From a virus (taxonomy: Duplodnaviria > Caudoviricetes): a stretch of DNA of 29,206 bases. A program made the position numbers and the translations under genes. The stretch spans positions 1 to 29,206 of IMG/VR virus record IMGVR_UViG_3300048598_000265; one strand, written 5' to 3'. This document shows positions 6,841 to 14,266 of the stretch, one piece after another; within the stretch, counting starts at the first letter, position 1; each line of letters begins with the position of its first letter. A model generated the notes under the pieces. It was not told where the DNA came from, did not search any database, and was given only the letters and a program-made list of their open reading frames with translations.

Positions 6841-6934
6841 TCAATCACATTTTCTCTCTTTCGTGTTCATAAAAAACAAAGGGTTACAGGAGACAGATGT
6901 AACCCAAACCATCTACAGGGAATAAGGCGCCATC

Positions 6935-8884
6935 ATGATCCAGGCCCCTATCGAACTCGTGGAAATCAACCACGCGCACCTGTATTGCGGGCTTGGTGGG
7001 GGGGCCCGAGGGTTCAACAGAGGCCGGGCGTCGGTCGGATCGCTACGCGCCCGGTTCCGCTGCCTCGGCGGCATTGATGTCAGCCCGGCCGCCATCGCCG
7101 ATTTTTCACGGATGGCTGGTGTCCCAGGCACCTGCATGGACCTCATGGACCGGGAGCAATATCAGGCGTTCCATGGCCAGGAGCCGCCAGCCGGCTGGCG
7201 CGAGGCCATGCCCGACGACATTCGCCGAGCCTTCCGTTACCTGCATCCCCATATTCTTTTCCTCTCAGCCCCGTGCAAAGGGTTTTCCGGGCTCCTGTCG
7301 GAGAGCAAAAGCCACTCCGAACGCTATCAGGCCCTCAACCGCCTGACCCTGCGGGGCATCTGGCTGGCCCTGGAGGCTTATCGGGATGACCCCATCGAAT
7401 TGATCCTTTTCGAGAATGTGCCCCGCATCGCCAGCCGCGGCCGCCACCTCCTGGACCAGATTGGCGCGCTGCTGCGCCACTACGGCTACGCCGTGGCCGA
7501 GACCACGCACGACTGCGGTGAGCTCGGCGGTCTGGCGCAGTCCCGTAAGCGTTTTTTGCTGGTGGCCAGGCACCGCGAGAAGGTGCCCCCGTTCCTGTAT
7601 CAGCCGAGCAAGCGCCCACTCCGGGCCGTGGGTGACGTCCTGGGCCGGATGCCCCTGCCCGGGGCGGCCATAGCCGGCCCCATACACCGGATGCCGGCGT
7701 TGCAGTGGCGCACATGGGTCCGGCTGGCGTTCGTGGAGGCGGGCAGCGACTGGCGGTCGCTGTCGAAGCTGCGCGTCCAGGACGGGGTGTTGGCGGATTA
7801 CGGCATCGTGCCGGATAGGGGCTATCAGGATGGCACCCTCGGCGTGCTCCCCTGGGCGGCTACCGCCGGCGCCGTGACAGGAAATGCCGGTCCGACCTGC
7901 GGCCGCTATTCCGTAGCCGACCCGAGAGCGTTCAACGGCCGACGCGCCACGCTCGGCGTTACCCCTTTCGAGGCCCCGGCCAATACCGTCGCCGGCCGGA
8001 GCCTCCCGACAAACGGCACGTTCGCCGTTGCCGATCCCCGTGGCTACCGTGCTGCCCGGGGCCACACGCTCGGCGTCCTCCCCTTCGATGCCCACGCCGG
8101 GACCATCACGGCCCGGGGGCTGGCAACAACGGGACGATTTTCGGTTGCTGATCCGCGTTGCGCCCTGGGTCACGAGTACGGCCAGTACGGAGTCCTGCCC
8201 TGGTCTTCGGCCATGGGGGCAGTATCCGGACAGAGCGCCCCGGGCGGGGGCCGGTACACCATCGCCGATCCGCGTCAGCAGGGTCCAGCCTATGGCAAGT
8301 ACGCCGTGGTGGCCTACGATGCCTCGGCTGGGACCGTCATTGGCGGCAGCACGACGGGCCAGGGGGCATTCGCCGTGTCCGATCCGCGCACCCCCTGGAA
8401 CCGTGATGGCAAGGAGGTCTACCTCACCCAGGCCAATTTCGGCGTGGTCCCCTGGAGCCGTCCGGCTGGGTCGGTGACAGGCCATGGCCAGCACGACAAC
8501 GGCGCGTGGTCCGTGGCCGATCCACGCCCGGCTGCAGGCGACCTCATGGAGACACTGCCGGCTCCGGCTGACCGTCTGGTCGCCGTAATCCGCGCCCTCG
8601 ACGGCACGTGGCATCGGCCGTTTACCACACTCGAATTGGCCGCCCTGCAGGGCCTCGTGGATCCCGAGGAACGCCTCGAACTCGACGGGCTATCGGATCA
8701 GGCCTGGCGCGAGCGCATCGGCAACGCCGTACCGCCGCCGGCGGCCGCTGCCATCGCCGAGGTGATGGGGGCCACGCTACTCCTCGCATGGTCCGGCGAG
8801 ACGTTTTCGATGAGCTCCACGCCCGTGTGGGTGGCGCCGGTGGCTGCGGCTTTGGCCGTGGAGACTATGGAGGTGGGGGCGTGA
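6935..8884 (+). CDS. DNA (cytosine-5) methyltransferase with a repeat-expanded variable region
   Basis: Motif I HLYCGLGG, catalytic motif IV SAPCKGFS, motif VI FENV, motif VIII QSRKRF, motif X IGNAVPP. Confidence 0.92.
   Translation: MIQAPIELVEINHAHLYCGLGGGARGFNRGRASVGSLRARFRCLGGIDVSPAAIADFSRMAGVPGTCMDLMDREQYQAFHGQEPPAGWREAMPDDIRRAFRYLHPHILFLSAPCKGFSGLLSESKSHSERYQALNRLTLRGIWLALEAYRDDPIELILFENVPRIASRGRHLLDQIGALLRHYGYAVAETTHDCGELGGLAQSRKRFLLVARHREKVPPFLYQPSKRPLRAVGDVLGRMPLPGAAIAGPIHRMPALQWRTWVRLAFVEAGSDWRSLSKLRVQDGVLADYGIVPDRGYQDGTLGVLPWAATAGAVTGNAGPTCGRYSVADPRAFNGRRATLGVTPFEAPANTVAGRSLPTNGTFAVADPRGYRAARGHTLGVLPFDAHAGTITARGLATTGRFSVADPRCALGHEYGQYGVLPWSSAMGAVSGQSAPGGGRYTIADPRQQGPAYGKYAVVAYDASAGTVIGGSTTGQGAFAVSDPRTPWNRDGKEVYLTQANFGVVPWSRPAGSVTGHGQHDNGAWSVADPRPAAGDLMETLPAPADRLVAVIRALDGTWHRPFTTLELAALQGLVDPEERLELDGLSDQAWRERIGNAVPPPAAAAIAEVMGATLLLAWSGETFSMSSTPVWVAPVAAALAVETMEVGA
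7832..8527 (+). repeat. Six tandem ~38-aa repeats in the MTase variable region
   Basis: Units of the form GV.P[WF]...AGT[VI]TG......G.[FYW][SA]VADPR, ending ADPR five times and SDPR once. Confidence 0.85.
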
Positions 8885-9636
8885 TCGACCTCAACAGCAC
8901 ATCCGCCCTGGGCGACCGCATCAACGACCGCATCGATGCCGTCATGGCGGCGGCCCGGGACGCCGAGACACCCCGGGACTACCTCGGGGCCTCCATCCTC
9001 GGGGACGCCTGCGAAAGGGCCATCCAGTACCGGCACCTGCAGGTGGCGCCGGACCCAGGCAAAGGCTTCCCGCCGCGCGTGCTGCGCTGTTTCGACCGAG
9101 GTCGGTGGGCCGAGGACTACGCGATCGCGCTCCTCAAGCGATCCGGGTTTGTGCTGCTCGAGAACGATCCGGACACCGGGGAGCAATGGGCGTTCGAGGC
9201 CATGGACAGCCGGGTGAAGGGGCATGCCGACGGCGTACTGGTCATGTGGCGCGGCGAGGGGCCGGCGCTCATCCCGCTGCCGGCGGTCTGGGAGTGCAAG
9301 TGCCTCAACAACAAGTCCTGGAGCAAATCCAAGCGCGACAAGTTGAGGGTCGCCCATCCCCGCTACTTCGGCCAGATGCAGCTTTACATGGGCGAGATGC
9401 GGTTGACCCAGGGGCTGTTCACCTCCCTCAACGCCGATACCATGGAGCTCCATCACGAGCTCGTGGCCTACGAGGCCCAGGCGCATCAGGCGTTGCTGGA
9501 TCGGGCGCAGCGCATCCTCAACGCCTGCGATATGGGCGAGATGCTGCCGCGCGGGCTGGCCGATCCGTCCCGGCTGGAATGCAAATGGTGCGATTGGGCG
9601 GAGAGATGTTGGGAAAAAGGAGGAGAAAATGTCTAG
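8881..9636 (+). CDS. Cas4-like PD-(D/E)XK exonuclease with a 4-Cys Fe-S motif
   Basis: GTG start overlapping the MTase stop (GTGA); motifs ASILGDAC, GHADG, WECK, QMQLYM and C-terminal CKWCDWAERC. Confidence 0.85.
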   Translation: MIDLNSTSALGDRINDRIDAVMAAARDAETPRDYLGASILGDACERAIQYRHLQVAPDPGKGFPPRVLRCFDRGRWAEDYAIALLKRSGFVLLENDPDTGEQWAFEAMDSRVKGHADGVLVMWRGEGPALIPLPAVWECKCLNNKSWSKSKRDKLRVAHPRYFGQMQLYMGEMRLTQGLFTSLNADTMELHHELVAYEAQAHQALLDRAQRILNACDMGEMLPRGLADPSRLECKWCDWAERCWEKGGENV

Positions 9637-9802
9637 CAATAAAACCGTTCAAATTGGGATTCGGGTAACACCTGAAATGAAGATTGCCATTCAGACAATC
9701 GCAAGCAAAGAATCAAGATCACTTAGTCAGCAGATTCTTCATTTCGTGAAGGCTGGAATTCAAAAGTCTTCAGAAACTGAGGCAAAAAATCAGGGTGATT
9801 AA
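9629..9802 (+). CDS. Arc/Mnt-like RHH repressor (57 aa)
   Basis: AGGAG RBS; MSSNKTVQIGIRVTPEMKIAIQTIASKESRSLSQQILHFVKAGIQKSSETEAKNQGD. Not in the ORF track (<60 aa). Confidence 0.8.
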   Translation: MSSNKTVQIGIRVTPEMKIAIQTIASKESRSLSQQILHFVKAGIQKSSETEAKNQGD

Positions 9803-9947
9803 GATGGTATTCGCGGAGACCTTGCTTAATAAAATGCTCAACTTGTTGCGAAATACTTCGCGTCTCACGGATGGCGCACAGAGCTACGGCGTCACGCAGG
9901 TCTTCGGTCACTCGAATGCCAATCTGAACGGTTTTTTTGTCGCTCAT
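9723..9947 (-). CDS. Arc/Mnt-like RHH repressor, convergent paralogue of 9629-9802
   Basis: MSDKKTVQIGIRVTEDLRDAVALCAIRETRSISQQVEHFIKQGL...; AGGAG/GGGA upstream. Confidence 0.8.
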   Translation of the reverse strand: MSDKKTVQIGIRVTEDLRDAVALCAIRETRSISQQVEHFIKQGLREYHLNHPDFLPQFLKTFEFQPSRNEESAD

Positions 9948-10014
9948 TTGGATTCCCTAACTCCTGTCAGACTATAGCGCAAGCTAAATAATGTTTATGA
10001 ATACTATACAATCG

Positions 10015-10044
10015 TTGACAATCATTAGAAGGCGTGGATAGGGT
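10015..10044 (+). promoter_or_regulatory. Putative sigma70 promoter for the replication module
   Basis: Perfect TTGACA (10015-10020), an 18-nt spacer and TAGGGT (10039-10044), in an AT-rich divergent intergenic gap. Confidence 0.5.
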
Positions 10045-10050
10045 CTCCGC

Positions 10051-12276
10051 ATGACCGACGAAACGGAGGCATCCCCCATGGGCCAACCACGCCGGCGCGT
10101 CATCGACCTGAACCAGTACGCGCGCCAGGACGATCCCATGCCGCAGCAGCAGGCGCGCCCGCAGCCCGTGAGTGCCGCTGTCGAGGCGTTCCGGGATGCC
10201 ATGGCCGCCACCGGGCTGGGACGGCCGGAGATCGTCCCTGACGGAGCCCTGCACCGGTTTGATCTTCCCGATGAGGCGCGGGGAAAGAAATCCGGCTGGT
10301 ACAAGTTCCACCCGGACGGGACCCCAGCCGGAGCATTTGGTTCTTGGAAGCACGAGATATCCGAGAGGTGGTGTTCCAAGGCCAATTACGAGATGAGCCG
10401 CGAAGAGATCGCGGCCGTCAACGATTTCTATCGCCGGGCCCGGGAAGAGGCCGAAGCCGAACGTGCGCGCGAAGCCAATTCAGCGGCGACCCGGGCGGCA
10501 AAAATTTTCGAGGCGGCCACCGAGGCCACGGAACACCCCTACCTTGCGAGGAAAGGGGTCGCGGCCTTCGGTGTCCGTGTCGATCAACGCGGTGAGCTGC
10601 TCATCCCCATGTACAATAGCCGCGGCGAAGTGCGCGGGGTGCAGCGTATCATGCCCGACGGTGAGAAGCGGTTCCTGTCTGGCCAGGCCAACCCGGGTCT
10701 TATCCACGTCATCACGTCATCGTCGCCTGATGCGTCCAGGACGGTGTACGTGTGCGAGGGCTACGCGACCGGGGCCAGCCTCCACATGGCAACCGGCGAA
10801 ACCGTCGTTATCGCCTTCAACGCGAAAAATCTCGAGCCGGCCGGTATGGTCGCAAAGGAGGTGTTCCCCGCAGCGAAAATCATCTTCGCCGCCGACAACG
10901 ACCGATGGACACAGGTCAATGGTGTCCCCAAAAACGTCGGGATAGAAGCAGCGCGGAAAGCCGCCAGCACCGTCGGTGCGTCCGTGGTCTGGCCGGAATT
11001 CCATGATCTCTCCAGTCACCCAAAGGATTTTAACGACTTATACGCCCTGGAAGGGCCGGATGCGGTCCGGACACAGGCCAAGGGGTATGGCGTCAGAATC
11101 CGTGACTGGAGCATCTCCAGGCTGTCTGGGCAGAAAGCCCCGGTCCGGCAATGGCTCGTCCAGGACGTTCTTCCTCTCGGATCGGCTATGATTCTCGCCG
11201 CTCCAGGCGGGACAGGCAAGGGGATGCTGACTCTCAACTTGGCCTTGCACGTGTCCCGAGAACCACAACCCGGCATCGACCTCAATCCATCGTCTCTCTT
11301 CTTCGGTCATCAGCTCGTAACCCATGGCCCCGTGGTCATGCTGGCGGCAGAGGACGACATGGACGAGGTGCACCGCCGGATAGAAAACCTGGGTGGAGAG
11401 TTCCCGGAGAGTCTGTACGCCATCTGTTTGCCTGATCTCGACAAGCCGGCGGCCCTCTTTACGTCCGAAAGAGGGTCTCTCCGGACAACTGCATTTTGGG
11501 AGGAGATAGCCGAGCAGATAAAGTCGATCAGGCCCGTCTTCGTCGTTATCGACCCCATCTCTTGCTTCGTCCTGGCTGATCTCAATGACCGCAACGTGGG
11601 CGCTTTCGTCATGGGCTGTTTCACCTGCCTTGCGAGGCAAAGTGGCGCCCTGGTACTCGGCGTTCACCACATGAACAAGTTGCGCGATAAGATCAGAAAC
11701 CTCGATGACGCCAGAAACGCAATCGCGGGTAGCGCCGGATTCGTCGATCATGGGCGCGGAGCCTATGTCCTCTGGCCCGAAGAGGAGCAGAAGGCCAAGA
11801 CGCTCTGCAAACACATGGGTGTGGAGTACGCCAGAGGACGTGTGGTTCGCGGCGGACTGCCCAAGTCCAACTTCGGCGGTGATGAAGATGAAAAGATCTT
11901 CATTCGAAACGATGTCGGCCTTCTCGTGGGCATGGATGACGAGGCGCAGCGCATCAAGCGCCTCGAAGAAGAGCGCCTCATGGATCTTCTGGCGGAAGCC
12001 ATCGCCAGCGCCGCTGCTCAAGGCCATCCGTTCCAACATACCGGGAAGCAGGGCCTCTTTGAAAAACGTGAACGGCTACCCAAGAGCCTCCGCGAACTCG
12101 GGAAGAACGCCCTCGACCGCCTCGGGAGACGTTTGCTCGACGCGAAGCGAATCGACAAATACCGCCCGGCCAAGGGTGGATCGGTTGAGCAGTGGCTCGA
12201 CGTGCCCGGTGGTCCATTTGCCCTTGGTGTCGGCATCCTTGAGCTCGGGGAGTTTGAAAATGTATCTGAATCGTAG
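10051..12276 (+). CDS. Primase-helicase (TOPRIM primase fused to a RepA/AAA_25 helicase)
   Basis: TOPRIM motifs VCEGYATG, AADND and KDFND; Walker A APGGTGKG, Walker B VVIDP, and HHMNK. An alternative start is the ATG at 10078 with GGAGG. Confidence 0.9.
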   Translation: MTDETEASPMGQPRRRVIDLNQYARQDDPMPQQQARPQPVSAAVEAFRDAMAATGLGRPEIVPDGALHRFDLPDEARGKKSGWYKFHPDGTPAGAFGSWKHEISERWCSKANYEMSREEIAAVNDFYRRAREEAEAERAREANSAATRAAKIFEAATEATEHPYLARKGVAAFGVRVDQRGELLIPMYNSRGEVRGVQRIMPDGEKRFLSGQANPGLIHVITSSSPDASRTVYVCEGYATGASLHMATGETVVIAFNAKNLEPAGMVAKEVFPAAKIIFAADNDRWTQVNGVPKNVGIEAARKAASTVGASVVWPEFHDLSSHPKDFNDLYALEGPDAVRTQAKGYGVRIRDWSISRLSGQKAPVRQWLVQDVLPLGSAMILAAPGGTGKGMLTLNLALHVSREPQPGIDLNPSSLFFGHQLVTHGPVVMLAAEDDMDEVHRRIENLGGEFPESLYAICLPDLDKPAALFTSERGSLRTTAFWEEIAEQIKSIRPVFVVIDPISCFVLADLNDRNVGAFVMGCFTCLARQSGALVLGVHHMNKLRDKIRNLDDARNAIAGSAGFVDHGRGAYVLWPEEEQKAKTLCKHMGVEYARGRVVRGGLPKSNFGGDEDEKIFIRNDVGLLVGMDDEAQRIKRLEEERLMDLLAEAIASAAAQGHPFQHTGKQGLFEKRERLPKSLRELGKNALDRLGRRLLDAKRIDKYRPAKGGSVEQWLDVPGGPFALGVGILELGEFENVSES

Positions 12277-12285
12277 CACGAAAAG

Positions 12286-12418
12286 CGTTCCCGGCGACAC
12301 CGACTTGCATTTTGGGAACGCCGGGAACGGTCGCCAAAATCCAGGTTTTATGCGGGCTAGCGGTTACCGGGCGGTGGCCCCCCTATAATACAGCGGAGCT
12401 GTATATAGGGGGGGGCCA
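12286..12418. other. Candidate replication origin (inverted repeats downstream of the primase-helicase)
   Basis: Perfect 11-bp IR CGTTCCCGGCG (12286-12296)/CGCCGGGAACG (12319-12329); ~20-bp-arm hairpin TGGCCCCCCTATAATACAGC-GGA-GCTGTATATAGGGGGGGGCCA (12375-12418). Confidence 0.45.
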
Positions 12419-12458
12419 GGTGGGGATGATTTTTGGGAATGGGAAAATGAGGTGAGAG

Positions 12459-12722
12459 ATGGAAGAAAAACAAAAGCTCATTTGGACAGTATGGTTTAGG
12501 CCGAAAGAAAATGGTTGGTGGAGCATTCTGGCAAGAAGAGCTGAGCCGATGGAGAGAACGACAGGGAAAGGGAGGGCCAGGCAACACTTGCATCTGGGCT
12601 GGAATGGAGAACGTTTTTCTGGAGGTTCCGAGTTGGCCGCATTCGAAAGATTTCCCGAAGAAGAACGCGCCTGCATTTTGAAACAGATTGAAAATGCCAA
12701 AGCGGTTGGGTGGTTGGAGTAG
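12459..12722 (+). CDS. Hypothetical protein
   Basis: GAGGTG RBS; fills the gap between the origin-like region and rusA. Confidence 0.6.
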   Translation: MEEKQKLIWTVWFRPKENGWWSILARRAEPMERTTGKGRARQHLHLGWNGERFSGGSELAAFERFPEEERACILKQIENAKAVGWLE

Positions 12723-12724
12723 CC

Positions 12725-13093
12725 ATGATCCGTGACTTGATCCGCCTGATCCTCCCATGGCCACCAAGCACGAATAAAACGTGGCGTCGGTCACGAAGTC
12801 ACATGCACTTGTCCAACAAATCGACGACGTATCGTCTAGCTGTTCGTTCTCTTGTGCTTGGGGAAAAGCTCTCTTCTATCCCTCTCCATGGACAGCTGGA
12901 GGTCAGCGTCACGCTGTATCCTCCGGACAAACGCCGGAGGGATGAAGACAACTTCGCGGGCAAGGCTCTCTTCGACGCCTTGACCAAGGCAGGTGTATGG
13001 GGAGACGATTCGCAAATACGAGCCAAGCACGTGTACTGGGGCGACGTCGTCAAAGGTGGATATGTTTCTGTAGAAATACAACCACTTCAATAA
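12725..13093 (+). CDS. rusA: RusA-family Holliday junction resolvase
   Basis: LPWPPSTN, PPDKRRRDEDN, KALFDAL, GVWGDDSQI. The start is placed at the ATG at 12725 after GGAG. Confidence 0.9.
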   Translation: MIRDLIRLILPWPPSTNKTWRRSRSHMHLSNKSTTYRLAVRSLVLGEKLSSIPLHGQLEVSVTLYPPDKRRRDEDNFAGKALFDALTKAGVWGDDSQIRAKHVYWGDVVKGGYVSVEIQPLQ

Positions 13094-13115
13094 TTTTAAA
13101 AACATGGAGGACTCC

Positions 13116-13520
13116 ATGGAAGACTCTCTGAAAGCAGCCTTGGAAATCGTGAAGGCCCAAGCCTCGGTCCGCAATATGACCGACGAGGAAGTCATCTCGA
13201 TGCTCAAAAATGTGGCTGCTGGCATCCAAGCGGCCGCAGATGCCTCCCAGGTTAGCTACAGCGAGGGAGGAAGCGATTCCCCCGCTGTCGACCCGGCCAA
13301 GGCAATCAAGGATCGCTCTATCACCTGCCTCGAATGCGGAAAGACTTTTAAGGTGCTCACCAAAAAGCATCTCACGGCGCATGGCCTCACGCCCGACGAG
13401 TATCGGGCCAAGTGGGGCTACAAGAAGGGCGCGCCCCTGTGCGCCAAGGGCCTGCAGCGCGAACGGCGCAAGAAGATGAAGGACATGCGCCTGTGGGAGA
13501 GGCGAAAAAAAGCTGAGTAA
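13116..13520 (+). CDS. mucR: Ros/MucR-family zinc-finger transcriptional regulator
   Basis: ITCLECGKTFKVLTKKHLTAHGLTPDEYRAKWG...PL; GGAGG RBS before the ATG at 13116. Confidence 0.92.
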   Translation: MEDSLKAALEIVKAQASVRNMTDEEVISMLKNVAAGIQAAADASQVSYSEGGSDSPAVDPAKAIKDRSITCLECGKTFKVLTKKHLTAHGLTPDEYRAKWGYKKGAPLCAKGLQRERRKKMKDMRLWERRKKAE

Positions 13521-13577
13521 TACCTATAGCAACTTTAAGAGGCCCGGCCGACGCTGGACCGGGCAGGGACGGATAAA

Positions 13578-13826
13578 ATGCGGCAACATGACCTGCACGC
13601 AGCAATAGCTGAGCGTATCGGACCAGAACTGGCTACAGCAGCTGTTGACGCCATCATTGCCAATTGGGGGGGAGGATCACAAATGATCCCCAATGGGAGC
13701 AAAACGGCCATCATAAATAGAAACCAAGAAATTCGCAGACTTGCTTCAGATGGAATCGACCATGAATCCATCGCCAAACGATTCGGTCTCTCCGTGAGGC
13801 ATGTACAGCGCATCCTTGGCAATTAA
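13578..13826 (+). CDS. Mor/C-family transcription activator (probable late-gene activator)
   Basis: IG......AII..WGG...IP dimerisation motif, RNQEIR, and HTH IAKRFGLSVRHVQRIL; located just before the lysis and packaging genes. Confidence 0.85.
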   Translation: MRQHDLHAAIAERIGPELATAAVDAIIANWGGGSQMIPNGSKTAIINRNQEIRRLASDGIDHESIAKRFGLSVRHVQRILGN

Positions 13827-13886
13827 TTTCGCACACAGGACATAACCCCACAAGATTTTGTCCCGAAATCCCTCCATGCTGGAGAC

Positions 13887-14234
13887 ATGGAGCGCGAGCC
13901 AAAACCCATCCTCGAAGACGGCACCCTGATTTTTTCGAATCCAACCTCGATTCGTCTTTGTCGCGCCTGCGCCACCACCAGTCGATTCAACGTCCCGGCT
14001 GACAAGCCTTGGGAATGCCCCTTCTGCCACTGCCGGGAGTTCATCCCGCTCCAGTATTCCTCCGCTGACGACCTCAACCTCCCCGAGCCTCTTCGACGTT
14101 TCTGGGACGCTTTGACCAAGCAAACGGCTCGGGACGCCCTTGCCCTGGGAGAGGCTAAACAGGCCGAAAAATCTCTACGTTCGGCAGGGTTCCCAGCGCC
14201 GCCATATGGTTTCACTACGGCTAAGGCCAGGTAA
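13887..14234 (+). CDS. Zinc-ribbon hypothetical protein
   Basis: GGAG RBS; CRAC...CPFC. Confidence 0.65.
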   Translation: MEREPKPILEDGTLIFSNPTSIRLCRACATTSRFNVPADKPWECPFCHCREFIPLQYSSADDLNLPEPLRRFWDALTKQTARDALALGEAKQAEKSLRSAGFPAPPYGFTTAKAR

Positions 14235-14266
14235 GACCTGGCGAAAATAATTTTATCGCTGACGAG

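Noticed and set aside
7265-9639. Long minus-strand ORFs (449 aa, 313 aa)
   Set aside because: These are shadow ORFs opposite the GC-rich MTase and nuclease genes.
13542-13564. GCCCGG/CCGGGC hairpin after mucR as a terminator
   Set aside because: There is no U-tract on either strand and the stem is short; support is insufficient.
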